From Azolla caroliniana (Eukaryota > Plantae > Polypodiophyta), in contig JBHGNT010000002.1 of the NCBI GenBank assembly GCA_043228905.1, positions 10,912,001 through 10,976,000 of the forward strand: 64,000 bases of DNA, given 5' to 3'. Numbering within the stretch: the stretch's first letter is position 1; each line of letters opens with the position of its first letter. Made by a program: the position numbers and the translations under genes. A model generated the notes under the pieces. That model did not search any database, was not told the DNA's origin, and saw nothing but the letters and a program-made list of their open reading frames with translations. Positions 11,969 through 24,137 of this stretch are shown here, piece after piece.

Positions 11969-14900
11969 TGATAGGAACTGCACGCTCCCTATGTGTAACG
12001 CTCGGCCACAACCGAGCTTAGAAACATACACAGAAAAAAAAAACGGGGAATGGATGCACAACACAAAAGGAGAGAAGAGTACACAGGATGTTTAACGTGG
12101 AAAACCCTGAGAGGGAAAAACCACGGGAGTCCACAGACTCCAAACTATCACTATATCACAATGATTACAACAGTGAGCTCATGGAGGCAACGACCTCGTG
12201 CTCACGATCTTCGCCACAGGCGGCGGTTACAACAGAGACAACGACCTCTTCCTCTCTCTCTCTCTCTCTTTGTACACTGTTAGGCGCTCTCAAGTCTTGC
12301 ACCAACAAGAATGACAACAAGTATACAAGAGTTTGCCCTAATTCATATTTATACTAATATGACTTTTCGGCTATTTACACATATAGCCCCGATGGGCTCT
12401 CAGAAACATATTTATGAATATGTCCCTTCATCCGGTGAGCACTCCTCACCGGGCCTGCATCATCCGGCGCTTGCCGGGTACTCGTCATCCGGTTCTCACC
12501 AGGTCTTCCGTTGCCGGGTACTCCTCATTCGGTTCTCACCGGGTCTTCTGTAGCCGGGTACTCTTCATCCGGTTCTCACCGGGTCTGCACCATTCGGCTC
12601 ATGCCGGGTACTCCACATCCGGTTTCGGCCTCGGCCGAGTTTTCTCATTAGTACTGTTCTTCTCACTTCCCATCCGGAGGGACCTGTTTCCTAACAAACT
12701 CCTCCTTCACTCCGGCATGGGATGTCTTACTAGTCCGACTCGCTTCCGGCATGCATCTAGCTTGTCGGGTATCAATACTTTGGTCAGCATATCTGACCCA
12801 TTCTCGGCCGTGTGGATCTTCGTCAGCGTGAACTCTTGGTCATCTACTCTTTCCCGGATCCAGTGATACCTACGCTGGATATGCTTCGGCCGGGAATGGT
12901 AGGCCGCATTCTTAGCAAGGTGGATGGCACTTTGACTGTCGCAATAGAGCCGGTATTCATCTTGCCGAATACCGAGCTCTCCGATGATATCCTTCATCCA
13001 TAATATTTCCTTGCCGGCTTCCACAGCCGCCATGTACTCCGCCTCCGTGGTTGACAATGCAACCGTCTTCTGTAGCCTCGACTGCCATGAAACAACTCCC
13101 CTTGCATATGCCATTACATACCCGAATGTAGACCGGCTGGTATCCACATTAGCCGACATGTCCGAATCGGTAAAACCGTCAGGTTGAGGTTTTCCGGAGC
13201 CGAATCGGAGACACATATTTGAAGTGCCCTTCAAGTACCGAAGTATCCATTTGACCGCGTTCCAGTTCTCCTTGTCGGGATTGCTCATAAACCGGCTCAC
13301 CACTCTGACTGCGTATCCTATATCCGATCGGGGACACACCATTGCATACATCAAGCTCCCGACGACAGAGGCATATGGAACCTTCATCATATCAGCCTTC
13401 TCTGCTTTCGTCTTCGGGCTTTGCTTACCGGATAACTTGCAGTTTGCCGGAAGTGTCGATCCGACCGGTTTCGCATATGACATGTTGAACCGCTAAAGCA
13501 CCTTTGTCACGTATTTCTCCTGTGACAACCACAGTTGCTTCGTTGGCCGGTTCCGGATGATATGCATCCCCAACATCTGTCTTGCCGGACCCAAGTCTTT
13601 CATCGCGAAGGTTCGGTTGAGAGCCTTCTTCAGCATCCGTATTTTGGCTTGGTCCCGTCCGACGATCAACAGGTTGTCCATGTACAGAAGGAGTATTAGG
13701 AAGTCGGCTTCTTCAAACTTCTTCACAAACACGTAGTGATCGGCCTGTGTCTTGTGGTACCCTTGATCGGTCATGAAAGAGTCTAACTTCCGGTACCATT
13801 GTCGGGGAGCCTGCTTCAGTCTGTACATGCTCTTCTTCAACCGGCATACCAGGTGCTCCTTCCCCTTCTCCATGAATCCTTCTAGTTGTTGCATGTAGTT
13901 CTCCTCTTTGAGGTCACCGTGAAGGAATGTCGTCTTCATGTCCAGCTGCTCTACCTCGAGGTCCATGCTTGCCGCTATACTCAGCACCGTCCGGATGTAG
14001 TTCATCTTTACTACCGGGGCAAATATCTCATCGAAGTCCACGTCCTTCTTCTACTGGAACCCCTTCACCACGATCTTGGCTTTGTATCTCGGGGGGCTGC
14101 TGGCATCTCCCGGTTTCAACTTGTACACCCACTTGTTTTGGAGTGCCCGCTTTCCTTTCGGCAACTCTACCAATTTGTACGTATGGTTCTCATGCAGGGA
14201 ATCCATCTCATCCTGCATGGCACTTAACCATTTGTGGCTATGGGCGTCACTTTTAGCTTCCTCGAAGCTTTCTGGCTCCCCCTCATCGGTCAGCAGCACA
14301 TGCTCTGCATCTGGAAATCTCCAGGGGGCCCTTCTCTCTCTGAGAGGATACCTCCGTCTTTGGGCTTCGGTAACCGGCTCCTCCATTTGCTCTTCATCCA
14401 AATCCGATTCGGGGTCTTGGCCAGTTCCGGTTTCAGCTTTCTCTACTTCTTCTTCTGCCGGTTCGGTATCCTCACCGTAAATGGCTGGTTCCTCGAGTGC
14501 TAACCGGTCTCTTGCTGGTTGGGTCTGCTCATTGTAGAATTGATCCTTCATTATCTTCTTCTCCGACTCCTAGTCGGCGAGCGTCTTGTCCTCCATGAAG
14601 ATAATATCTCGACTCCGGAATACCTTCTTGTCGACCGGGTCCCACACTTGGTAGCCGAACTCATCGTCGCCGTAACCGAGGAATATGCATGGCCGGGTCT
14701 TTGGATCCAACTTTCCTCTCCAGTCCTTAGCTACATGCACGTACGCGAGACACCCGAACACTTTCAGATGCCGGTAGGACACTTCCTTACCGGTCCAGAC
14801 TCTCTGTGGTGTGTCTCCATCCAAGGGTACTGAGGGTGATCTATTTATCACATATGTCGCCGTCGACAGTGGCTCAGCCCAAAACTTCTTGGGTAGTTTT

Positions 14901-17333
14901 GCATGCGCCAGCATACTCTGGACCCTCTCCATTATGGTCCGGTTCATCCTCTCGGCCAACCCATTTAGTTCCGGCGTCTTTAGCACGGTAAATTCAAGCC
15001 TGATTCCCTTCGAGCGACAGTACTCCTCGAACTGCCCCCGGTATTCACCTCCGTTATCTGCTCAAACCGCCTTCAGCTTCCGGCCGGTTTCTCTTTCCAC
15101 TCTCGCGTGGAGCTCTTTGAAGATGGATAGCACCTGATCCTTCGTCTTCAACGGTGTGGTTCACAGCTTCCGACTATGGTCATCTATGAACGTCACGATG
15201 TACTGCGATCCTGCATGTGACTTGGTGTCCACTTGACACACATCAGTATGCACCAACTCTAGTGGTGCATTACGTCTCATCGGTGGCCTCGATTGAAAGG
15301 AGGTCCGGTTTTGTTTACCAGCCAGACAATCAGTGCACTTCTTCAAGTGCACGTTCTTCACTCGAATGAGGTTATCGTTTGCAAGCCTCTTCATCCCCTT
15401 CTCGCTCATGTGACACAACCTTTTGTGCCACAGCTCACCGGCAGTGTCAGATGCCACATTCACTTTCTCCGGACATAACCGGGCATTCATCAGGTACAAC
15501 GTGTTTACCTTCCGGGTCCGAGCCACAATCAGACTCCCTTTGCTGAACTTCATAACACTGTTCCGAATGGTACCTGTGTAGCCTTCATCATCTAGCCGAC
15601 CGGCTGATATCAGGTTCAGACAAACCTCCAGAACGTGTCGAACATTCCTTCGGCAGCATCTTGCATCCGGTTGGTGTAGCCAACCACACGTTTCCTATGC
15701 TGACAATTCGGTATGTACCTTCATTCCCCATTTAGACACAACCGTGATCATTGGCTGAGTAGGATGAGAAGCATTTTCGGTCTGGGGTAAGGTGGAACGA
15801 CGCTCTGGAGTCGACCACCCAAGTCATCTCGTCGCCGGCAAGGTTTAGCTCACTCTCCTCGGTGATGAGCATCAACTCTTCTTCACTTGCCGCGATTGCC
15901 GTCGTTCCCTTCCGATCCGGCCCCCTCCGGTCTTTACCGTTCCGGTCTGGTGTCCGCTTCGAATCGGTACCGTCGGTTTCGTTGTCCTTTCGGAAATGCC
16001 GACAGTTCTTCGGGAAGTGTCCCGGCTTGCCGCAATAGAAGCAAGTAGGCCTCCCCCTTGACTTTGATCGTGTCCCCGACTTTTCCCGGTTCTGGGGACT
16101 ACGGTTCCTTTGTCTTCCGCATTCCGATTCGGTAAGGAGCGCTTTGGAATCGGAGCTTGTATCCTTATCTTTCCAACGTGCCTCCTCATCTAGCAAGCTC
16201 GACTTCACTCTTGCTAGGGATAACCGTTTCCCTTCCGACCCGGCGTTGCCCAAGGTGACAACCAACGTCTCCCAGCTATCTAGGAGGGAACCGAGCAGGA
16301 GTGGTGCTAGTACCTCATCGGCAAGAGGTACTTCCAATGATGTTGCTTGGTGGATCAGCCCCTGGAAGGCATTCATGTGCTCCGCCATGCTGGAGCCATC
16401 TTAGTACCGGAGTCTTACTAGCTTCCGGAATACCGAAACCTGGTTAACAACATTTTTCTTCTGAAACATAATGTCGATCTTCTCCCAGAGTTCATGAGCC
16501 TTGCTCTCTTCATTGAAGTTGTTGTATAGGCTCGTGTCGATGAAGCCCCGTATGTACGCCGTTATCTTCATGTGCATCACCTCCCATATCGTGGCGTCGA
16601 TTTTATCTGGTCCCTTGTCCCCAAACTGAACCGGCAACCAAAGATCTTTAACCACGAGCATGTCCCTCATCTTAGACTTCCACACCGAATAGTTGGAGCC
16701 GGTGAGCTTGAACATGACTCCCAACGAATCGTCCATTTTTTGTGTTGTTTCGCTCTGATACCACTTTGACAGGAATTGCACAACACAAAAGGAGAGAAGA
16801 GTACACAGGATTTTTAACGTGGAAAACCCTGAGAGGGAAAAACCACGGGAGTCCACAAACTCCAAACTATCACTATATCACAATGATTACAACAGTGAGC
16901 TCACGGAGGCAATGACCTCGTGCTCACGATCTTCGCCACAACCGGCGGTTACAACAGAGGCAACAACCTCTTCCTCTCTCTCTCTCTCTGTACACTGTTA
17001 GGCGCTCTCAAGTCTTGCACCAACAAGAATGACAACAACTATAAAAGAGTTTGCCCAAAGTCATATATATACTAATATGACTTTTCGGCTATTTACACAT
17101 ATAGCCCTGATGGGCTCTCAAAAACATATTTACGAATATGTCCCTTCATCCGGTGAGCACTCCTCACCCGGCCTGCATCATCCGGCGCTTGCCGGGTACT
17201 CGTCATCCGGTTCTCACCGGTCTGCACCATCCAGCTCATGCCGGGTACTCCACATCCGGTTTCGGCCTCGGCCGAGTTTGCTCATCAGTATTCTTCTTCT
17301 CACTTCCCATCCGGAGGGACCTGTTTCCTAACA
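11969..17333 (-). mobile_element. Copia C: older Tork/Tnt1-like element inserted in A
   Basis: LTRs 11969-12696 and 16767-17333 (the latter shorter by indels); TSD AGTTA (11964-11968/17334-17338); PBS on minus at 16752-16763. Confidence 0.94.
12707..16736 (-). pseudogene. gag-pol: Copia C gag-pol with multiple stops
   Basis: Seven collinear ORF fragments homologous to B/D pol; gag begins MDDSLGVMFKLTGSNYSVWK. Confidence 0.92.
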
Positions 17334-17338
17334 AGTTA

Positions 17339-17960
17339 CCTAGTCGGTGTGATTAGTCAGTTCATGGCACGGCCAACCGAGGAGCACCTTCAATGCGCAC
17401 AACGCGTACTCCGATACGTCAGTGGCACTAAGGACCGGGGGCTACTATATCAGACCGATATTGCCGTGTAGTTAGTCGGTTACAATGATGCTGATTGGGC
17501 CGAAAACGTCGGCAATCGCTGATCCACATTCGGATTTGTGTTCTCTCTTGGGAGCGTTGTGAACGTGTGGAGTAGCAAGAAGCAGCCGACAGTTGCACTG
17601 TCGAGCACCGAAGCCGAGTATAGAGGAGCGATTGTCGCAACATGTGAAGCCATCTAGTTGAAACAACAACTTAAGGATCTGCAGGTGGAGGTGTTCGATC
17701 CGACAACGATCTATTGCGACAACCTCAACAACATCTAGTTAACGAAGAACCCTATCTTCCACTCCCGGACTAAGCACATTGAGGTGGACTACCAGTTTGT
17801 TTGCAAGCGTGTCCTCTCTGGTGAAGTCGAACTTCAGTATGTTCCAACGGATCGGCAGACCGTTGACATTTTCACCAAGCCCCTTGTTCTCGTCAAGTTA
17901 CGGCAATTCTCGGGTGCGCTTGGGTTGCGGCAGCTCGATGTGCCGAACTTCAGGGGGAGA
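17339..17960 (+). pseudogene. pol: Copia A RT C-terminus and RNase H
   Basis: [43 protein letters not shown] read from the DNA. Confidence 0.85.
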
Positions 17961-18434
17961 GAAGTCCCGAAAGAGTACGGAAGGGAGCAGGAAAGGAGTT
18001 GAAGAGACCGTGACGCCGAGTTGGATGTCGAATTCGATTTTGAGTTGGCTAAAGAAGCAAAAGGTGGATCCACGAAAGAGTTGGAAAGCGGACATGAGGG
18101 CAACAGTCGAAAGATAGAGCCGAAGCCAGCCAAGCGTGCAGGAGATGAAGCCAACTCAGATGAGAGTGAAAACCGATTAGAGAAAGCCAATTCAGTTCGG
18201 ATGTTTGATTCGAAGATGTCAAATCAATCGAGGGCTAAGCAGAAGAAAGGGCAGCCAAAGAGGCGCCAACACTACAACAACAAGGGAGCTGAGAAGGGCC
18301 ACACGAGCACACATGCCGACCGGAAGGGTCGAGGCGTGTGGAATCGAAGAGCGCGAGTGAAGCGTTAAGTTAGAAGAAACCAGAGCGATGATTCGGAAGA
18401 ACCAGAAGAGCCCGAAGTTGAGCTTGAGGGGGAG

Positions 18435-18857
18435 TGTTGAGATACAAGATCAATATTGGCTGGATCGGCTGTGCAAACCGAGAACAGGATTGGTTGGGAC
18501 TGATCGGTTAGGCCGGACCGGTGCGTAAACCGGTGTGCAACAAGAAGCCGTTGCGGTGCGTAAATCGCGAGGCCGTTGGAAAGATATTCTGCGTAGGAAT
18601 ATATATTTTGGGAGTTAGTGTAGAGCTCATTTATGAATATTGAAGTACGTGTTAGTCCTTATGGACTCGTATAAAAGTGCTCACTAAGCACATTCTATGT
18701 ATAGATTTGAGTATTATTATTTTAATAGAGTTGCGTGTATTGACTCTCTCTCTCTCTCTCTCTCTCCCACATAAAATGTGTGTGTCCAAGCTCTCCATTA
18801 AACCTGTGTTTTCCTACGTTCTACTTTTTGTTGCTTCTGCACGTTGTTCTTTTCACA
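18435..18857 (+). repeat. 3' LTR of Copia A
   Basis: TGTTGAGATACAAG...TTTTCACA followed by TSD AAATT. Confidence 0.92.
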
Positions 18858-19306
18858 AAATTTAACAGCTTGTTCATTGTCTAGGTGATTTGGCAGTCCA
18901 TGAGGGCCTACCATACCGGATCCATGAGGGCCTACCATACCATGCGTAAATCGCGAGGCCGTTGGAAAGATATTCTGCGTAGGAATATATATTTTGGGAG
19001 TTAGTGTAGAGCTCATTTATGAATATTGAAGTACGTGTTAGTCCTTATGGACTTGTATAAAAGTGCTCACTAAGCACATTCTATGTACAGATTTGAGTAT
19101 TATTATTTTAATAGAGTTGCGTGTATTGACTCTCTCTCTCTCTCTCTCTCCCACATAAAATGTGTGTGTCCAAGCTCTCCATTAAACCTGTGTTTTCCTA
19201 CGTTCTACTTTTTGTTGCTTCTGCACGTTGTTCTTTTCACAAAATTTAACAGCTTGTTCATTGTCTAGGTGATTTGGCAGTCCATGAGGGCCTACCATAC
19301 CGGATC
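18557..19306. repeat. Tandem duplication of ~365 bp covering the distal A LTR and its flank (18557-18922 and 18943-19306), with ~20 bp templated filler
   Basis: Both copies run TGCGTAAATCGCGAGG...CCATACCGGATC. They differ by about two C/T changes and CT-repeat length. The filler repeats CATGAGGGCCTACCATACC. Confidence 0.92.
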
Positions 19307-20032
19307 TGTTGGGATTTACGGTCCCTCCGGATGGGATGTCTGGAGATGAATGACGGCAAGCCCGGTTGCGGTTACGGAACCGGAGGATGAAGAGTACCCG
19401 GCATGAAGCCGGATGAAGAGTACCCGGTTACGGAGCCGGATGACGAAGACCCGGCTACGGAGCCGGATGATGAAGACCCCGGTTACGGAGCCGGATGACG
19501 AAGACCCGGTTACGGAGCCGGATGACGAAGACCCCGGCTACGGAGCCGGATGATGTATGTACCCGGAGAGAGATCCGGATGCGGGGACATATTTGTGAAT
19601 ATGTTTGCCAAGGGCCCTTGAGGCTATATTTGTAAATAGCCTGAAAGTCATATGCGTATAAATATGACTTAGGGCAAACTGTTTATTTAGGCTGTAAGTT
19701 GTTGCTCATTTTCTGTTTTTCATTGAGAGGAAGCGAAGTGAGAGCAGCCGAGAGAGAGAGAGAGAGAAACGAAGAGGTCGACGCCTCTGTGTAATACCGC
19801 CGCCTGTGGCGAAGACAGCGAGCTCAAGGTCGTCGCCTTGCAGCTCGCCATTGTATATTCCAGTGTATAGTGATAGTTGGAGTTGTGCACTCTCGTGGTT
19901 TTTCCCGTTTAGGGTTTTCCACGTTATACCCTGTGTATTCGTCTCTCTGGTTTTATTTTTCTGCTGCATTGATTCGCGATTTGTCGGTTGTGGCCGAGTG
20001 GTGAAGGCGAATCAGAGCGTTGATTCGCAACA
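19307..20032 (+). repeat. 5' LTR of Copia D with a U3 tandem array of ~27-28 bp units (CCGGTTACGGAGCCGGATGACGAAGAC, ~19361-19555)
   Basis: TG...CA termini; homologous to the reverse complement of the B LTR. Confidence 0.92.
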
Positions 20033-20063
20033 AAGTGGTATCAGAGCGACGGCAGTGCAGAAA

Positions 20064-23000
20064 ATGGAAGGCGGCAGCAGCGGGCAGCCGGGGATGATGG
20101 TGCTGAATGCACAGAACTACGCCGACTGGAAGATCAAGATGGAGGATCTTCTGATTGTTCGGGACCTGTACGAACCGATTGACAGGTCGGAAATACCGAA
20201 GGGGGTACTTGAGACGGAATGGAGGCTTCTGAACCGGAAAGCCGTTGCAACCATTCGGCAATACGTCGACGTGAGCGTTCTACAACATGTGGCGAACGAC
20301 ACCAACGCATACGAGATGTGGCGGAAGCTGTCGGGCCTCTACGAGAGGAAGAATGCGTTGAACCGGACCTCCCTGATGAGGAAGATAGTGAACCTCAAGT
20401 ACCGGGACGGCGAGAGCATGGTGGAACACGTAAGCACGTTCATGGGATTCGTGAACCAGCTTGCGGCGATCAAGTTCCCGTTGGAGGATGCAATGCAAGC
20501 CATCATCTTGATGTGTACATTGCCGGAAAGCTGGGAGAACTTGGTGGTGACTCTCAGCACCTCCTGCACCGAAGATAACTTGTCTCTACAAACGGTAAAG
20601 ACAAGTATTTTGAACGAAGAAGCGCGTCGGAGAGACAAAGAACCGGCCTCCGACCCGAAGGCGCTGCTTACCGAATCGGAACGGGGAAGACAATGGAACC
20701 GGAGTCCGCAAAGACGGGAGAAGTCGGGGACCCGGTCGCAGTCAAGAGGAAGACCCACATGCTTCCACTGTGGGAAGCCGGGGCACTTCCGAAAGAATTG
20801 TCGGCATTACCGTAAGGACAACGGAGCCGACGACACCGATTCGAAGAAGTCACCGGAGAGAAACGGTGCATACCGGGGAGCCACGGACCGGAGAGGTCCG
20901 GATCGGCGAGGGCAGGACCGGAAAGGAACGACGGCACTCGCGGCAAGTGAAGAAGAAATAATGCTCATTACCGAAGAGAGGGAGCTGAACCTTGCCGGTG
21001 AAGAGATGACCTGGGTGGTCGATTCCGGAGCGTCGTTCCACCTGACCCCGGAGAAGAAATACTTCTCATCCTACATAGCCGGTGAGCACGGCTGTGTCCG
21101 GATGGGAAATGAAGGTACGTGCCGGATTGCCGGCATAGGAGACGTGTGGCTGATGACATCAACCGGATGCAAGATGCTGCTGAAGGATGTCCGACACGTT
21201 CCGGAGGTTCGATTGAACCTGATTTCGGCCGGGAGGCTAGACGATGAAGGCTACACGGGTAGCATCCGGAACGGTGTCATGAAGTTCAGCAAAGGGAGCC
21301 TGATAGTGGCTCGGGCCCGGAAGGTCAACACTCTGTACCTGATGAATTCCCGGCTATGTCCGGAAGAGCTGAATGTGGCAGCCGACACTGCCGGTGAGCT
21401 GTGGCACAAGAGACTGTGCCACATGAGTGAGAAGGGGATGAAGAGGCTTGCAGAAGACAACCTTATTCCAGTGAAGCATGTGCACCTGGAGAAGTGCACC
21501 GACTGTCTGGCCGGTAAGCAAAACCGGACCGCCTTCCACTCAAGGCCACCGACGAGACGTAGCGCACCATTGGAGTTGGTGCACACTGATGTGTGTCAGG
21601 TAGAAACGAAGTCACATGGCGGAGCCCAGTACTTCGTAACATTCATAGATGATCACAGCCGGAAGCTGTGGACGGCACCGTTGAAGACAAAGGACCAAGT
21701 ATTGTCCGTCTTCAAAGAACTCCACGCGAGAGTGGAAAGGGAATCCGGCAAGGAGCTGAAAGCGATACGAGCGGATAACGGAGGGGAATACCGGGGGCAG
21801 TTCCAGGAGTACTGTCGCTCGAAGGGAATCCGACTCGAGTTTACTGTGCCAAAGACGCCGGAACTGAACGGGCTGGCCGAGAGGATGAACCGGACCATAA
21901 TGGAGAGGGTCCGGAGCATGCTGGCACATGCGAAATTACCCAAGGGATTTTGGGCTGAGGCAATGTCGACGACGACATATGTGATAAATAGATCACCCTC
22001 AGTACCCCTGGATGGAGACACGCCACAGAGAGTGTGGACCGGTAAGGAAGTATCCTACCGGCACCTGAAGGTATTCGGGTGTCTCACATATGTGCATGTG
22101 GCAAAGGACCGGAGAGGAAAGCTAGATCCAAAGACCCGGCCATGCATATTCCTCGGTTACGGCGACGACGAGTTCGGCTACCGAGTATGGGACCCGGTCG
22201 ACAAGAAGATATTCAGGAGTCGAGATATCATCTTCATGGAGGACAAGACACTCGCCGACTGGGAGTCGGAGAAGAAGATGAAGAGCTCCAAGTCGACCGG
22301 TGAGGATCAACCCTACAAGGAGCAGTCCCGACCGGCAAGAGACCGGTTAGCACTCGAGGATCCGGCCGAAGACGGTGAAGAAACAGAACCAGCCGAAGAA
22401 GATGAAAATGATACCGGAACCGGCCCCGATCCCGAAATGGATTCGGATGAAGAAGAATCGGAAGAACCGGTTACCGAAGCTCCGGAACGGAGATATCCTC
22501 TAAGAGAGAGAAGGGCCCCCCGGAGATTTCCGGATCCAGAGCACGTGCTGCTAACCGACGAGGGGGAGCCGGAGAGCTTTGAAGAAGCAAAGCACGACAC
22601 CCAGAGCCGTAGGTGGTTGAGTGCCATGCAGGACGAGATGGATTCCCTGCATGAGAACCACACATATGAACTTGTGGAGTTGCCGAAAGGAAAGCGGGCA
22701 CTTCGAAACAAGTGGGTGTTCAAGCTGAAACCGGGAGATGCCGGAAACCCCCCGAGATACAAAGCCAGGATCGTGGTGAAGGGGTTTCAGCAGAAGAAGG
22801 GCGTCGACTTCGATGAGATATTTGCCCCGGTAGTGAAGATGACCTCCATCCGGACGGTGCTGAGCATAGCGGCAAGCATGGACCTCGAGGTAGAACAGAT
22901 GGACGTGAAGACGGCATTCCTTCACGGTGACCTCGAAGAAGAGATCTACATGCAGCAACCGGAAGGATTCGAGAAGAAAGGGAAGGAGCACCTGGTATGC

Positions 23001-24137
23001 CGGTTGAAGAAGAGCCTTTACGGACTGAAGCAGGCTCCCCGGCAATGGTACCGGAAGTTCGACTCTTTCATGACCGACGAAGGGTACCACAAAACGCAGT
23101 CCGATCACTGCGTGTTTGTGAAGAAGTTCGAAGGGGGAGACTCTCTAATACTCCTCCTGTACGTGGACGACATGTTGATCGTCGGACGGGACCAGGGCAA
23201 GATACGGATGCTGAAGAAAGCACTTCACCGAACCTTCTCAATGAAGGACCTGGGTCCGGCGAGGCAAATACTAGGGATGCACATCATCCGAGACCGGAAG
23301 AAGAAGCAGTTGTGGCTGTCACAGGAGAAGTACGTGACAAAGGTGCTTCACCGGTTCAACATGTCGGAAGCAAGACCAGTCGGGTCAACACTCCCGGCAA
23401 ACTGCAAGTTGTCCAGCAAGCAAAGCCCCAAGACAAAGGCTGAGAAGGAGGACATGATGAAGGTACCATATGCCTCAGCCGTCGGGAGCTTGATGTACGC
23501 CATGGTGTGTACGAGACCGGACATCGGATATGCAGTTGGTGTAGTAAGCCGGTACATGAGCAATCCCGGCAAAGAGCACTGGAACGCGGTCAAGTGGATA
23601 CTCCGATACCTGAAGGGCACGGCAAACGTGTGCCTCCGATTCGGCTCCGGTAAGCCCGAACTCGACGGCTTCACCGATTCGGATATGTCGGCTGATGCAG
23701 ATACCAGCCGGTCCACATCAGGGTATGTGATGACTTATGCAGGGGGAGCTGTTTCGTGGCAGTCGAGGCTGCAGAAGACGGTTGCGTTGTCAACCACGGA
23801 GGCGGAGTACATGGCGGCTGTTGAAGCCGGCAAGGAAATAATATGGATGAAGGACTTCATTAGAGAGCTCGGTATCCGACAGGAGGAGTACCGACTCTAC
23901 TGCGACAGTCAGAGTGCCATCCACCTTGCGAAGAACGCGGCCTATCACTCCCGGACGAAGCACATCCAGCGAAGATATCACTGGATCCGGGAAAGGATAG
24001 AAGACCAGGAGTTCGTGCTGACGAAGATCCACACGGACGAAAACGGCTCAGATATGCTGACCAAAGTGCTCACACCCGACAAGCTGGAAGCATGCCGAAA
24101 GAGGATCGGATTGGAGAGACATCCCATGCCGAAGTGA
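20064..24137 (+). CDS. gag-pol: Intact Copia gag-pol polyprotein (~1357 aa: gag, CCHC knuckle, PR, INT, RT, RNase H)
   Basis: Uninterrupted frame from the first ATG after the PBS. CFHCGKPGHFRKNC, DSGAS, integrase D..D..E, YVDD and RNase H motifs all present. Confidence 0.96.
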   Translation: MEGGSSGQPGMMVLNAQNYADWKIKMEDLLIVRDLYEPIDRSEIPKGVLETEWRLLNRKAVATIRQYVDVSVLQHVANDTNAYEMWRKLSGLYERKNALNRTSLMRKIVNLKYRDGESMVEHVSTFMGFVNQLAAIKFPLEDAMQAIILMCTLPESWENLVVTLSTSCTEDNLSLQTVKTSILNEEARRRDKEPASDPKALLTESERGRQWNRSPQRREKSGTRSQSRGRPTCFHCGKPGHFRKNCRHYRKDNGADDTDSKKSPERNGAYRGATDRRGPDRRGQDRKGTTALAASEEEIMLITEERELNLAGEEMTWVVDSGASFHLTPEKKYFSSYIAGEHGCVRMGNEGTCRIAGIGDVWLMTSTGCKMLLKDVRHVPEVRLNLISAGRLDDEGYTGSIRNGVMKFSKGSLIVARARKVNTLYLMNSRLCPEELNVAADTAGELWHKRLCHMSEKGMKRLAEDNLIPVKHVHLEKCTDCLAGKQNRTAFHSRPPTRRSAPLELVHTDVCQVETKSHGGAQYFVTFIDDHSRKLWTAPLKTKDQVLSVFKELHARVERESGKELKAIRADNGGEYRGQFQEYCRSKGIRLEFTVPKTPELNGLAERMNRTIMERVRSMLAHAKLPKGFWAEAMSTTTYVINRSPSVPLDGDTPQRVWTGKEVSYRHLKVFGCLTYVHVAKDRRGKLDPKTRPCIFLGYGDDEFGYRVWDPVDKKIFRSRDIIFMEDKTLADWESEKKMKSSKSTGEDQPYKEQSRPARDRLALEDPAEDGEETEPAEEDENDTGTGPDPEMDSDEEESEEPVTEAPERRYPLRERRAPRRFPDPEHVLLTDEGEPESFEEAKHDTQSRRWLSAMQDEMDSLHENHTYELVELPKGKRALRNKWVFKLKPGDAGNPPRYKARIVVKGFQQKKGVDFDEIFAPVVKMTSIRTVLSIAASMDLEVEQMDVKTAFLHGDLEEEIYMQQPEGFEKKGKEHLVCRLKKSLYGLKQAPRQWYRKFDSFMTDEGYHKTQSDHCVFVKKFEGGDSLILLLYVDDMLIVGRDQGKIRMLKKALHRTFSMKDLGPARQILGMHIIRDRKKKQLWLSQEKYVTKVLHRFNMSEARPVGSTLPANCKLSSKQSPKTKAEKEDMMKVPYASAVGSLMYAMVCTRPDIGYAVGVVSRYMSNPGKEHWNAVKWILRYLKGTANVCLRFGSGKPELDGFTDSDMSADADTSRSTSGYVMTYAGGAVSWQSRLQKTVALSTTEAEYMAAVEAGKEIIWMKDFIRELGIRQEEYRLYCDSQSAIHLAKNAAYHSRTKHIQRRYHWIRERIEDQEFVLTKIHTDENGSDMLTKVLTPDKLEACRKRIGLERHPMPK

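Larger units (their letters stand above)
2435..18857 (+). mobile_element. Copia A: degenerate Ty1/Copia, same family as I, interrupted by B and C
   Basis: LTRs 2435-2875 and 18435-18857; TSD AAATT (2430-2434/18858-18862); PBS TGGTATGAGAGC at 2876; PPT TGAGGGGGAG before 18435; domain order gag-PR-INT-RT-RH. Confidence 0.93.

Noticed and set aside
19806-20063. N-terminal extension of the 1443-aa ORF
   Set aside because: It runs through the LTR and PBS from a non-ATG start; ATG 20064 matches the start in B.
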